Notes: generated by a model not told the origin, from the sequence alone. Numbered from the stretch's first letter, positions 14,313 through 24,003 are shown. The stretch is DNA of 64,000 nt from Chloroflexota bacterium (GCA_017881915.1 JADGQK010000003.1:7365-71364), one strand, 5' to 3'. Numbers and translations: made by a program.

Positions 14313-15424
14313 GGCGCGAGCGGGAGCTGCTCGAGCCCCGTCGTCTCGGGCAGGCCGTGGACGAGGTTGAACGACTGGACGGCCTGGCCAGCGGCGCCCT
14401 TGACCAGGTTGTCGATCACCGCGATGACCAGGATCCTGGTCGTCCGGACGTCGTGGGACACGTGGATCCGGGCCTCGTTGCTGCCGGTCACGTGCTTCGT
14501 CGCCGGAGGATCGGCGATGACCGACACGAACGGCTCATCGGCATAGGCCTTCGTGAACAATTCGTCGAGCTCGGCCTGGCTCGTCGGGCGGGTCGGTCGG
14601 ACGTGGGCCGCGGCCAGGATGCCGCGGGTCATGGGCACGAGGTGGGGCAGGAAGTCGATCCCCCGGGAGCCTGGATTATCGGCGCCCGCGCTGGTACCGG
14701 CCAGGCCGATCTCCTGCTCGATCTCGGCGACGTGGCGGTGACCGCCGAGCCCATAGGCGCGAACGCTTTCGTTGACCTCGCCGAACATCATCTCGGGCTT
14801 CGTGTCGCGGCCCGCGCCCGAGACGCCGCTCTTGGCATCGACGACGACGTCGCCGAGCAGGCCCGCCCGGGCAAGCGGGGTCAGGGCCAGGATCGCTGCG
14901 GTCGCGTAGCAGCCCGGCGAGCCGACGATCCGGATCGTGCGCGGGCCGAGGGCGATCAGCTCAGCGCGATGCAGCTCGGGCAGGCCATAGACGGCAGCGC
15001 CGAGGAGATCCGGCCGGGTGTGCTCGAAGCCGTACCAGCGAGGATAGTCGGCTGGATCCCTCAACCGGAAGTCCGGTCCCAGGTCGATGACCGTCGCGCC
15101 GCTGGCCAGGATGGCCGGCACGCGCTCGACCGCGACGCCATGGGGGAGGGCCAGGAAGACGGCGTCGGCTGCGGGCGTGACCTCGCTGATCGTCAGGCGG
15201 GCGGCGGCAAGGTGGGGGTGGACGGTCTCGACGGGCTCGGCACTCCGTCCTCGCCCGGCGAGACCGACCAACTCCACGGCTGGATGCCGAGCCAGGATGC
15301 GGACCAGCTCGGCTCCGGCGTAGCCAGTTGCGCCGACGACCGCCACGCGGATTCGCCTGGCCGGCGCGCCCTGCCGGCGACCCGTCCCGATCGACGTCTC
15401 CGGTGCCTCGAGGCCCGCGCTCAC
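14309..15424 (-). CDS. argC: N-acetyl-gamma-glutamyl-phosphate reductase
   Basis: VAVVGATGYAGAELVRIL NAD(P) fold, GCYATA catalytic Cys region. The true start may lie nearer the RVAVVG segment. Confidence 0.9.
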   Translation of the reverse strand: MSAGLEAPETSIGTGRRQGAPARRIRVAVVGATGYAGAELVRILARHPAVELVGLAGRGRSAEPVETVHPHLAAARLTISEVTPAADAVFLALPHGVAVERVPAILASGATVIDLGPDFRLRDPADYPRWYGFEHTRPDLLGAAVYGLPELHRAELIALGPRTIRIVGSPGCYATAAILALTPLARAGLLGDVVVDAKSGVSGAGRDTKPEMMFGEVNESVRAYGLGGHRHVAEIEQEIGLAGTSAGADNPGSRGIDFLPHLVPMTRGILAAAHVRPTRPTSQAELDELFTKAYADEPFVSVIADPPATKHVTGSNEARIHVSHDVRTTRILVIAVIDNLVKGAAGQAVQSFNLVHGLPETTGLEQLPLAP

Positions 15425-15490
15425 CGGCGCACGCGGCCACTCGCCGGGGGCCGCCTCGAAACCGAATCGAAACCAGGATGGATCGCCGCC

Positions 15491-15531
15491 ATGACTGTAT
15501 GACTATACACAATCGTCGCATAGTCATGCAA
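15491..15531 (-). promoter_or_regulatory. candidate arg operon promoter with overlapping operator repeats
   Basis: Minus strand reads TTGCAT (15531-15526), 18 nt spacer, TATAGT (15507-15502). This AT-rich island contains ATGACTGT/ATGACTAT direct repeats and the inverted ATAGTCAT, 70-100 nt upstream of argC. Confidence 0.4.
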
Positions 15532-16043
15532 CAGGAGGCGACCTCGGCGCCAAAGGCCTGCCGCACCCGGCCGGGCGTCCGACCCTCGGCAACCGAACCT
15601 GGCTGGCCGCGGTCGTATACCTCGGGCGTTTATCCGACCCGCTTCGGGGCTGTCCGCGGCAGTTGGAGTTGGGTCAAACCTCCCTCAAGCGAGCGTCCCT
15701 GCACGAACCCGATCCTTCATCGGCTCGCTGAGCTCCGCCCATTGCTTCAGGCCTCCGGAAGCGCGCCTGGTAAACACCGGAGGTATACCGGCAGCCTCGG
15801 TTCGTGAGCTGAGCTGTCGCCGAGGCCCTCGGCAGCGACGGGATTGCTAGCGGACGCGTCCAGGGGCGCAAAACGTCGCGTTCGGTGCCCGCCATGGCCG
15901 GACCAGTGGCAGTTCGTGCGTGGCTGCGCCACCGGAACCGGGCCGCAGACCGGCAGCGGCTCTGGAAGAGCCGGGAAACGGGCGGGTCAGCAATCCGCTC
16001 GCTCAGCCGTGACGCGGACGACAGGCCGCCTGGAGCGAGCCGC

Positions 16044-16544
16044 TTAGCCGGCCTTGGGCGCCAGGAGATCCGGCCGGCGGTAGGGGCCGGTGACGATGAC
16101 CTCGCCCGATTCGTCGAGCGGCTGGCCGCCGGTCCGGATCATCCGGTAGCGGTGGTGGATCTCGGTCGCGCCGGCCGCCAGCATCGCGCTCACCGGGCAG
16201 TACTTCGTGGCCGACAGCTCGATGCAGCGCCGGACGGCGGCCACCTCCAGGTCCGGCCCTTCCAGCTCATGGACGAGGTCGATCCGGGTGAAGACCTGGG
16301 GGTACCCGTCGCGCTGCTCGGCGCTGACGTGAACCTGGTAGCGGACGAAGGGCTGGCGCTTCTTCTCGAGGATCGACACGACATCCATCGCAGAACATGC
16401 GGCCAGGGCGGCCAGCACCACCTCGGTCGGCCCTGCGGCGGTCTGGCCCTGGCCACTGTCGAAGTGCACCTGGAAGCCGCTGCCGGTGGTCGCCTCGAAG
16501 TGTGCTCCGGCCTGGTACCGGACCTCGACGTTCTTGATCGTCAC
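16044..16544 (-). CDS. OsmC-family peroxiredoxin-like protein
   Basis: 166 aa, two conserved Cys regions (LAACSAMD, SATKYCPVS); ATGA overlap with the upstream ABC gene. Confidence 0.85.
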   Translation of the reverse strand: MTIKNVEVRYQAGAHFEATTGSGFQVHFDSGQGQTAAGPTEVVLAALAACSAMDVVSILEKKRQPFVRYQVHVSAEQRDGYPQVFTRIDLVHELEGPDLEVAAVRRCIELSATKYCPVSAMLAAGATEIHHRYRMIRTGGQPLDESGEVIVTGPYRRPDLLAPKAG

Positions 16545-18454
16545 GCGACCGGTACTCCCTCCGGGATGTCACCCAGGAACTGCTCGCGGTAGAGCCGGGC
16601 GTACAGGCCATCCTGGGCCACGAGCTGGGCATGGCTGCCGCGCTCCACGATCCGGCCGCGCTCGTAGACGAGGATCCGGTCCGCCCGCAGGATCGTCGAC
16701 AGGCGGTGGGCGATGGCGATCGTCGTCCGTCCCTCCATCAACCGCTCCAGGGCGGACTGGATGAGCCGCTCGCTGACCGTGTCGAGAGCCGACGTCGCCT
16801 CGTCCAGGATCAGGATCCGGGGATCCTTGAGCAGCACCCGGGCGATCGCGATCCGCTGCTTCTCGCCACCCGACAGCTTGTAGCCGCGTTCGCCGACCAT
16901 CGTGTCGTAGCCATCGGGCAGCTCGGCGATCCGGTCGTGGATGGCCGCCGCACCAGCGGCCGCGATCAGCTCGGGGTCGGTCGCTTCGGGTCGGGCGTAG
17001 CGCAGGTTGTCCCGGATCGAGGCATGGAAGAGGTACGTCTCCTGGGTCACGAAGCCAATCGTCTCGCCCAGCGAGGCGAGGGTGATCCGGCGGATGTCGC
17101 GGCCGTCGATCTCCACCGACCCGCTGTCGACGTCGTACAGGCGCGGGATCAGGTAGGTGGTGGTGGTCTTGCCAGAGCCCGACGGGCCGACCAGCGCGAC
17201 GAGCTCACCCGGCTTGGCCTCGAACTCGATCCCTTCCAGGGCAAAGCCACCCGGCGGGGCTCCACCGGGTGGATCAGTCGTCCCCGCCGTCTTCGTTTCG
17301 AAGGCTCGCGCCGAGGGTACGGCCTGGGCGGGATAGCGGAACCAGACGTCGCGGAAGCGGACGCCGCCGGCGACCGTTCGCGGGTCGAGCGCCAGGGCGT
17401 CCGGCGCATCGATGATTTCGGGGTCGAGGTCCAGGTACTCGAAGATCCGGTCGAACAGGGCGAGCGAGCCCTGGATCTCGACCTGGACGTTGAGCAGCGC
17501 ACCGAGCGGGAAGAAGAGCCGGCTCTGGAGGGTGGTGAACGCGACGATCTGGCCGATCGTCGGCGCACTTGGGTCGTGGTTGATGGTCAGGATCCCGGCC
17601 AGGTAGTACACGAAGGCCGGAGTGATGCTGAAGATGGTGCCGATGATCATGAAGAACCAGCGTCCGACCATGGCCTGCCGGATCTGGAGCACGGCCAGCT
17701 TGCGGTTCAACCCCTTGTAGCGGGCAATCGACGCCGCCTGCTGGCCGAATGTCTTGGACAGGAGCATCCCACTGACGCTGAGGGTCTCCTCGGTCGCTGC
17801 CGACAGGTCGGCCATCGACTTCTGGGTCTCGCTGCTGACCGTCCGGCGGACCCGGCCGACCCGGAAGGTCAGGTACAGGAAGAACGGCAGGACGCCGACC
17901 GACAGGGCAGTCAGGCGCCAGTCGATCAGGACCATCGCGATCAGGGTACTGATCGCTGTTGCCAGGTTGCTGGTCAGGTTTGCCGCTGTATCGGTCACGA
18001 CGGATTGGATGCCGCCGACATCGTTGGCCAGTCGGCTCTGGATCTCGCCGGTCCGGGTCTCCGTGAAGAACCGCAGGGGCAACCGCTGGAGATGCGCGTA
18101 CAGCGCATTGCGGAGGTCCTGCATCACGTTCTGGCCAACCTTGTTGTTGAGGTAGGCCTGCCCCACGCCGATCAACCCGGAGGCGATCGGGATCACGATC
18201 ATGAGTCCCACGTACAGGTTCAGCTTGAAGAAGTCGCGGTGGGGGAGCGCGTCGTCGATCAGCCGCCCGAGAAGGAGCGGGTTCACGATCCCGAGGAGGC
18301 TTGTCAGCAGGATCGCCCCGGTGACGACGCCGACCTGGGTCTTGTACGGTGCGAAGAATGCGGCGATCCGGCGCACGGTCTGGTTACGCCGCTCCGGCGG
18401 CAGCCTGGTGACCGGCTCGTGGCCGCCGAAGCCTCCGTGTGCGAAGCCCATCAA
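16541..18454 (-). CDS. ABC exporter, fused permease/ATPase (MsbA-like)
   Basis: Six-TM N-terminal domain, Walker A GPSGSGKTT, signature LSGGEKQR, Walker B ILILDEATSALD. Confidence 0.9.
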   Translation of the reverse strand: MMGFAHGGFGGHEPVTRLPPERRNQTVRRIAAFFAPYKTQVGVVTGAILLTSLLGIVNPLLLGRLIDDALPHRDFFKLNLYVGLMIVIPIASGLIGVGQAYLNNKVGQNVMQDLRNALYAHLQRLPLRFFTETRTGEIQSRLANDVGGIQSVVTDTAANLTSNLATAISTLIAMVLIDWRLTALSVGVLPFFLYLTFRVGRVRRTVSSETQKSMADLSAATEETLSVSGMLLSKTFGQQAASIARYKGLNRKLAVLQIRQAMVGRWFFMIIGTIFSITPAFVYYLAGILTINHDPSAPTIGQIVAFTTLQSRLFFPLGALLNVQVEIQGSLALFDRIFEYLDLDPEIIDAPDALALDPRTVAGGVRFRDVWFRYPAQAVPSARAFETKTAGTTDPPGGAPPGGFALEGIEFEAKPGELVALVGPSGSGKTTTTYLIPRLYDVDSGSVEIDGRDIRRITLASLGETIGFVTQETYLFHASIRDNLRYARPEATDPELIAAAGAAAIHDRIAELPDGYDTMVGERGYKLSGGEKQRIAIARVLLKDPRILILDEATSALDTVSERLIQSALERLMEGRTTIAIAHRLSTILRADRILVYERGRIVERGSHAQLVAQDGLYARLYREQFLGDIPEGVPVA

Positions 18455-18473
18455 CCGCGTCCCTGGCTCGGCG

Positions 18474-19598
18474 TCACCCCTGGCCGGCCAGCGCGGATGA
18501 GCTGGGCGTGGCGTTCAACTCCAGCCAGCGCTCGGCGTCGATCGCCGCCTTGCAGCCTTCGCCAGCGGCGGTGACCGCCTGCCGATACCGATGGTCGTGG
18601 ACGTCACCGGCGATGAACACGCCTTCGATCTGCGAGCCGGACTCGTCGCGGACGACCAGGTAGCCCTTCTCGTCGACCTCGAGGATGTCCCGGAAGAGAT
18701 CGGTATTGGGCATGTAGCCGATCGCGATGAACAGGCCGTCGAGGGGCAGGTGCCTCTGCTCGCCTGTGGTCGTGGTCACCAGCCGCACGCCTTCGACGCG
18801 GCTGTCGCCGAGCACTTCCGCGACGATGGTGTTCAGGTGGACCTCGATCTTGGGGTGGGCGAAGGCCCGCTCGACCATGATCTTGCTGGCCCGTAGCGAG
18901 TCGCGCCGGTGGAGCAGGTGAACCTTCGTTGCGAAGCGGGTCAGGAAGGTCGCTTCCTCGAGGGCGGTGTCGCCACCGCCGACCACGGCAATCTCCTTGC
19001 CCCGGAAGAAGAAGCCATCGCAGGTGGCGCAGGCGCTGACCCCGCGGCCGCGGAGGCGGGTCTCGCTTTCGAGGCCGAGCCACAGGGCCGAGGCGCCGGT
19101 GGCCACGATCACGGCATCACCGCGGTACTCGATCCCACGGGCCCAGACCCGGAACGGACGGCTGGAGAAGTCGACCCGCTCGATGTCGACATCGATGATC
19201 CGGCTGCCGAAGCGCTCGGCCTGGGCCCGAAAGGCAGCCATCAACTCGGGACCCTGGATGCCGTCGGGAAAGCCCGGGTAGTTCTCGACATCGCTCGTGA
19301 TCATCAGCTGGCCGCCCGGCGTGGAGCCGGCCAGCACGATCGGTTGAAGGTTGGCCCGGGCGGCGTAGATCGCGGCGGTCAACCCGGCCGGGCCGGATCC
19401 GATGATCAGGAGCTTGCCCTCGACCGGGTCGCTGCTGCCGGCGTCGTTCCTGGATCCTGGTTCGGCGACGACGGGCGCCGCGTCAGGGCCAAATGAGATC
19501 GCTCCGGCGAACGAGATCGGCGCCGCGGGCGCAAGGGAGATCGGGTCGCCGCTGGGCCCTGGTTCGGGCCGGGGCCGGCCCATGGCGTCGTCTGTCAT
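18474..19598 (-). CDS. trxB: thioredoxin-disulfide reductase with a ~60 aa low-complexity N-terminal extension
   Basis: IIGSGPAG FAD motif, CATCDG redox centre, VVGGGDTALEEA NADPH motif. Confidence 0.9.
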   Translation of the reverse strand: MTDDAMGRPRPEPGPSGDPISLAPAAPISFAGAISFGPDAAPVVAEPGSRNDAGSSDPVEGKLLIIGSGPAGLTAAIYAARANLQPIVLAGSTPGGQLMITSDVENYPGFPDGIQGPELMAAFRAQAERFGSRIIDVDIERVDFSSRPFRVWARGIEYRGDAVIVATGASALWLGLESETRLRGRGVSACATCDGFFFRGKEIAVVGGGDTALEEATFLTRFATKVHLLHRRDSLRASKIMVERAFAHPKIEVHLNTIVAEVLGDSRVEGVRLVTTTTGEQRHLPLDGLFIAIGYMPNTDLFRDILEVDEKGYLVVRDESGSQIEGVFIAGDVHDHRYRQAVTAAGEGCKAAIDAERWLELNATPSSSALAGQG

Positions 19599-19604
19599 CG
19601 CCTC

Positions 19605-19610
19605 ATCCTA
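19605..19610 (-). promoter_or_regulatory. candidate -10 (TAGGAT) for a leaderless trxB transcript
   Basis: Minus strand reads TAGGAT, then 6 nt, then ATG 19598. Confidence 0.3.
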
Positions 19611-19658
19611 TCATCGCCCGATACTCCCCAGGGGTATCGCAAGATCAGCGCGATTGGC

Positions 19659-20555
19659 TCACAGCCTCCGAATCTGGGGGATGACAGACTGCCCGATCAG
19701 CTCGAGCTGGTGCAGATCCTCGACCCCGCGCACGGCCACGATCACATGCTGAACCCCGGCGTCGGAAAGCTCGCCGAACTGCTCGACGAGCTGGGCGGGC
19801 GAGCTAGCGCCGCCGGACCCGTCGCCACGAACGCTGACGTCCTGGAGCGTGCTCCGCTCGATCTGATCGTAGGGCCGCCCGATCCGCTCGCAGTGCTCAC
19901 GCAGGACGGCGTATTTGTGGGCGAGGCGTGGGGGATCGCCGAAGACGTTCGTCGCATCGGCGTACTGGGCTACGAGGCGGAGCGTCTTCTGCTCGCCGCC
20001 GCCGCCGATCATGATCGGGGGATGCGGCTTGCTCAGGGCCTGCGGTGAGTTGAGCAGGCGGCTGGCCTGGTAGTGGTGGCCGTCGAAGGCGCCTTCGGTG
20101 CCCCGCTCACCGGTCCACAGGGCGTGGGTGATCTGGAGCATCTCCTCGAGCATCTCGAAGCGGACGCCGAGGGGCGGCATCGGGAAGCCCAGCCCGCGAC
20201 TCTCGTCCTCGTTCCACGCCGCGCCGATACCCAGCCAGGCCCGCCCACCCGAGAGGACGTCGAGGGTCGTGGCGGCTTTGGCCCACAGCCCGGCGGTCCG
20301 GTAGTGGATGCCGCCGACCAACAGGCCCAATCGGGCCTGTTTCGTGAGGCCGGCCAGGTAGCCCAGCGTGGTCCAGCCCTCGAGCATCGGGTCGGTGACC
20401 GGGCCGACGCCCCGGATCTGGAAGAAATGGTCCATCAGCCAGATCGAATCGAAGCCGGCCTCGTCCGCCGTCCGGGCGATCCGACCGAGGGTAGGGGCAA
20501 TCGCTTCGGTGCCGCCGGGCCAGGTGAACGAGTCAATCTGGAGACCGATCTTCAC
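19659..20555 (-). CDS. LLM-class F420-dependent oxidoreductase (Rv1855c-like)
   Basis: MKIGLQIDSF... luciferase-like monooxygenase fold pattern; adjacent to the F420 biosynthesis genes. Confidence 0.8.
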   Translation of the reverse strand: MKIGLQIDSFTWPGGTEAIAPTLGRIARTADEAGFDSIWLMDHFFQIRGVGPVTDPMLEGWTTLGYLAGLTKQARLGLLVGGIHYRTAGLWAKAATTLDVLSGGRAWLGIGAAWNEDESRGLGFPMPPLGVRFEMLEEMLQITHALWTGERGTEGAFDGHHYQASRLLNSPQALSKPHPPIMIGGGGEQKTLRLVAQYADATNVFGDPPRLAHKYAVLREHCERIGRPYDQIERSTLQDVSVRGDGSGGASSPAQLVEQFGELSDAGVQHVIVAVRGVEDLHQLELIGQSVIPQIRRL

Positions 20556-20622
20556 GCGTGAGCTCCCTCTGGGCGGACGGCCTGCCCGCCTCGAGCGCCA
20601 AGGGTACCGGTGAGCGCCGAAC

Positions 20623-21432
20623 CTAGCGGAACAGGTCCCACTCGGTCGGGATCAGGGCCGCCCGGATCGTTGCCTCGCCACGGCTGGGCCGGGCACCTCG
20701 AACGATCGCTGCGGGTCGTCCGGCGACCTTGCCCAGGGTCAGCTCGGCAGCCGTGGCGATTTCGTCGGCGACTGCCCGCACTGTCGAGCTCATCGTCCGG
20801 CCGTCGGCGTCGACCGTGCCCCGCAGGTCCTCGAGCGGGAGGAGGCCGGAGACCCCGATCGCGACATCAACGATCCCCCAGCGCCAGGGCCGTCCGAAAC
20901 TGTCCGACACGATCACCGGCACGTCGACGCCCAGGTGTCCCCGCACGGCTTCCCGGATGCCGGACGCGGAGCGATCCGGGTCGACCGGCAGGAGGGTGAC
21001 GATCGAGCCGCTCGCCGGTCCGACGTTGGACGCATCCACGCCGCCGTTGGCGCACACGAAGCCATGGGCCGTCTCGGTGATCAGCACGCCGTTCGCCATC
21101 CGGACGACCCGACGCGCCTCGCGCAGGACCACCTCGATCTGGCGCGGGTCGCGCTGCCAACGCTCGGCGAAGGCGAAGGCCTCGGGGCGGGGCGCGACCA
21201 GGGTCAGGTCGACGATCGCGCCCTCGGCCTTCGACACGACCTTCTGGGTGACTACGATCACATCGTCCCGGCGGAGGGGACCAAAGCCGGGTTCGCCGGC
21301 CAGCAGACGCTCGATCGCCGCGGCGATCAGGCCACCAAGGTCGTCGCCGGGCTGAATCTCGGGGATCCCCGCGAGGGCGATCACAGTCAACCTGCCGGGG
21401 TCGCCCTCGCGGCCGGTTGACTCAGCCGCCAT
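20623..21432 (-). CDS. cofE: coenzyme F420-0:L-glutamate ligase, single-domain CofE type
   Basis: VTQKVVSKAEG, CANGGVDASN, SDSFGRPWR motifs. Start at the internal Met (MAAESTG), overlapping the cofC stop by 11 nt. About 270 aa, with no second domain. Confidence 0.85.
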   Translation of the reverse strand: MAAESTGREGDPGRLTVIALAGIPEIQPGDDLGGLIAAAIERLLAGEPGFGPLRRDDVIVVTQKVVSKAEGAIVDLTLVAPRPEAFAFAERWQRDPRQIEVVLREARRVVRMANGVLITETAHGFVCANGGVDASNVGPASGSIVTLLPVDPDRSASGIREAVRGHLGVDVPVIVSDSFGRPWRWGIVDVAIGVSGLLPLEDLRGTVDADGRTMSSTVRAVADEIATAAELTLGKVAGRPAAIVRGARPSRGEATIRAALIPTEWDLFR

Positions 21433-22093
21433 CGGCCGGATCGAGCAGGCCGCGCTCCTCGGCCAGGCTGAGGTCCTCGGGCAGGTCCAGGTCGAGGGCC
21501 AGCGGTCCGTCAACCTCGAGGCTGAGCGCACCAGCGGCGCGGGCGGCGGCCTCGTGGGCGACGGCGCTGTCGATTCCGAACGCGAAGGCGATCGCGTCCG
21601 GTGGGCTGAGCAGGAGCGCATTCGTGCCGCGCCCATGACGATCGGGCACGACCACGACGATCGCCCGCGCCGGCGAGGCCGCCGCCGCCCCGCTGGCCAC
21701 GACCGCGCCGATCGAGACACCGGTCACGGAGGGCAGATCACCGGCCAGCACCAGGACGGCGCTGGCGCCCCCGGCGATCGCCCAGCTGACGGCCTGTTCG
21801 AGGCCCTCATTGAGACCCTCGCCAACCTGCTGGAGCGGTGTCGCGCCGCTCTGGACGGCCAGCTCGAGGATTGCCGGATCGGGACTGACGACCACGACCG
21901 ATTCGATCTCGGGCACCTGTGCAGCGGCCCGGATCGTGCGCTCGAGGAGCATCCGCACGAGATCCTGGCGCTCTTCCGCATCGAGGGATCCACCGAGCCG
22001 GCTCTTGGCCCCTTCGAGCGCGCGCACGGGCACGATCGCGACGAGCCGCCGGAGGTCGGCGCCGGGGGACCGCTCGGCGAGTGGACGGGTCAC
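21422..22093 (-). CDS. cofC: 2-phospho-L-lactate (or PEP) guanylyltransferase
   Basis: VPVRALEGAKSRL, GLNEGL, AGDLP, PDRHGRGTNAL motifs. Confidence 0.85.
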   Translation of the reverse strand: MTRPLAERSPGADLRRLVAIVPVRALEGAKSRLGGSLDAEERQDLVRMLLERTIRAAAQVPEIESVVVVSPDPAILELAVQSGATPLQQVGEGLNEGLEQAVSWAIAGGASAVLVLAGDLPSVTGVSIGAVVASGAAAASPARAIVVVVPDRHGRGTNALLLSPPDAIAFAFGIDSAVAHEAAARAAGALSLEVDGPLALDLDLPEDLSLAEERGLLDPADGG

Positions 22094-22102
22094 CCGGTCA
22101 TC

Positions 22103-23062
22103 CTAGGCCCGGGTCAGCTTGCGTGCGAAGTTCAGGACCTCGGCGGCAACCCGGGCGCGGCTCGGCTCATCCACCATGATCGTGTCGACGACAAGGGTGC
22201 GCAGCCCCAGCTGCTCGATCTGCGGGGCCAGGTGGGCATCGGCTGGATCGAGCACGAAGCCGGTCGCCAGACCGGCATAGAGCCGGGCCACGCCGAGTGC
22301 GCTGGGCTCGTGGCCGAGCGAGGCCAGCATCCGGTCCGCCGGCCCCTTCAGGGCACGCCCAGCGATGATCCCCGAGACGGCGACGATGGGCGTCCCGGCC
22401 GAACGGGCCCGCTCGATCGCCTCGCGCAGGCCGGGTACGGCCAGGATCGGGCCGATCGAGACGATCGGATTCGACGGCGCAATGACGAGCACCTTCGCGG
22501 CCGCCAGTGCGGCCCGGACCCGATCGGTGGGGGAGGCGGTCTCGATTCCCCGCCAACGCACCTCGAGGACGGTCGGCCCCTGGTGGCGACGGACGAAATA
22601 CTCCTGGAACTCGAGCCAGCCCTCGCTGGTCCGGATCTCCGTCGTGACTGGCTCGTCCGTCATTGGCAGGATCGTGGCGCTGAGCCCGAGCGAGCGTTGC
22701 AACCCGAGGTTGGCCTCCGTCAGACTGGCGCCGGCGCGGATTCGAGCCGTGCGCACGATATGGGTCGCCAGGTCGCGGTCGCCCAGGCCGAACCAGGATT
22801 CCTCACCGTAAACCTCGAGCTGGTTCATGCTGGCCGAGGTGTCGCCGGCGATCCCCCAGCCGAATGGCCCCTCGATGCCGGCCAGGGTATACAGGACCGT
22901 GTCGTGGTCGGGGCACACGAGCAGCCCATGCCGCTCGAGGTCGTCGCCGGTGTTGACCACGATGGTCAGGTCCGATCCGACGAGCGATTGCAGGCCCCGG
23001 CCCAGCCTGGCTCCACCCACGCCCCCGGCGAGCTCGACGACCGGGCCCCCGGCCGAGCTCAC
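22103..23062 (-). CDS. cofD: 2-phospho-L-lactate transferase
   Basis: LAGGVGGARL N-terminus, CofD/FbiA length and pattern; GTGA overlap with the upstream gene. Confidence 0.9.
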   Translation of the reverse strand: MSSAGGPVVELAGGVGGARLGRGLQSLVGSDLTIVVNTGDDLERHGLLVCPDHDTVLYTLAGIEGPFGWGIAGDTSASMNQLEVYGEESWFGLGDRDLATHIVRTARIRAGASLTEANLGLQRSLGLSATILPMTDEPVTTEIRTSEGWLEFQEYFVRRHQGPTVLEVRWRGIETASPTDRVRAALAAAKVLVIAPSNPIVSIGPILAVPGLREAIERARSAGTPIVAVSGIIAGRALKGPADRMLASLGHEPSALGVARLYAGLATGFVLDPADAHLAPQIEQLGLRTLVVDTIMVDEPSRARVAAEVLNFARKLTRA

Positions 23063-24003
23063 GGCAGCGCGTCGAGCGCGTTGCGAACCTCGCCGATCCG
23101 CTCGATCGTTTCTGGGTCATACGGGGCGGGCATCCGGACCACGACCTCAACCATGCCCAGGTCGCGATACGGTCGAAGGCGCTCGGCAAGCAAGCCGGGC
23201 GAGCCGAGCAGGATCGGCACGCCGGTGATTTCTTCGAGGCCGTTGTGGACCAAACGAGCCTCGAGAGCCCGGGCCGCCTCGGCCGGATCGTCGCGGATCA
23301 CGATCGGGAAGCTCACCGTTCGTTCGATCAAGCCCGGATCCCGGCCCACGTCGGAGCAATGGGCGACCAGGATCGCGTCCTTGGCCGCGAACTCATCGGG
23401 CGTGCCGCTCGTATTCCAGGCGTCGGCATAGGTGGCCACGGTTCGGAGCGTCTTCTTCGGCCCCGACCCTCCGATCAGGATCGGCAGGTGGGCCTGGATC
23501 GGCGTCGGCGCATGGACCGCGCCCTTGAACGTGTAGAAACGGCCGGCGTGGTCGATCGTCTCGCCATCGAGCAGCCGGCGGATCAGCATGACTGACTCAT
23601 CGAGCCGGTCGAGTCGCTCGCCGAAGCCGGTTCCGAAGTCGATCCCGTGGGCCTCGTGCTCCCGCTCGAACCACGCTCCGCCGATCGCCAGGATCGCCCG
23701 GCCGTTGCTGATGTGGTCGAGCGTGGTGGCCAGCTTGGCCGTATGGCCGGGGTTACGGAACGTGTTGGCCCCAACCATCAACCCGATCCGGATCCGTGCC
23801 GTGAGGGCCGCCCAGGCGGCCAGGACGGCCCAGCCCTCGAAGATCGGCTGGCGCCACGACCCCTGGATCGCCATCAGGTGATCCCAGGTGTAGATCGCGT
23901 CCCAACCGGCCTGCTCCGCAGCCATGGCCACATGGCGCAGTCCGGGCCAGTCGGTCGCCTGCGACCACGGTTGCGCGCCGAAGCGCATCGATGGCGGTGT
24001 CAT
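23059..24003 (-). CDS. LLM-class F420-dependent oxidoreductase
   Basis: Luciferase-like fold pattern, 314 aa; ATGA-coupled to the upstream gene. Confidence 0.8.
   Translation of the reverse strand: MTPPSMRFGAQPWSQATDWPGLRHVAMAAEQAGWDAIYTWDHLMAIQGSWRQPIFEGWAVLAAWAALTARIRIGLMVGANTFRNPGHTAKLATTLDHISNGRAILAIGGAWFEREHEAHGIDFGTGFGERLDRLDESVMLIRRLLDGETIDHAGRFYTFKGAVHAPTPIQAHLPILIGGSGPKKTLRTVATYADAWNTSGTPDEFAAKDAILVAHCSDVGRDPGLIERTVSFPIVIRDDPAEAARALEARLVHNGLEEITGVPILLGSPGLLAERLRPYRDLGMVEVVVRMPAPYDPETIERIGEVRNALDALP

Noticed and set aside
15737-15778. SRP (4.5S) RNA-like string on the minus strand: GGTGTTTACCAGG...GAAGCAATGGGC.
   Set aside because: It shares GUUUACCAGG and GAAGCA with E. coli 4.5S RNA. 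However, the GGAA tetraloop hairpin and symmetric loop cannot be formed. The local pairing (CCTCCGG/CCGGAGG) is incompatible with helix 8.
15615-15788. 9-bp inverted repeat GTATACCTC/GAGGTATAC enclosing 156 nt, and a 13-bp two-mismatch inverted repeat at 28778-28790 / 28930-28942. Both mimic the architecture of the 40.4 and 45.4 kb elements.
   Set aside because: At these lengths, about one such match is expected by chance within each gap. Only the 18- and 19-bp perfect repeats are statistically meaningful.
15674-15895. 73-aa minus-strand ORF inside the gap.
   Set aside because: GC3 is about 68% by hand count, equal to bulk GC. There is no SD or leaderless signal and no recognisable family.
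15903-15910. GCCACTGG on the minus strand, resembling the cobalamin riboswitch B12 box.
   Set aside because: The upstream GGGAA...GGTG-AAATCC core elements are missing, and the downstream arg operon is not a plausible B12-regulated target.
15532-16043. RNase P RNA or tmRNA as the explanation for the 0.5 kb gap.
   Set aside because: There is no GGAAAGTCCGG or ACAGAAnnCGGCTTA box, and no tRNA-like GGTTCGAnTCC/CCACCA 3' end or tag ORF on either strand.
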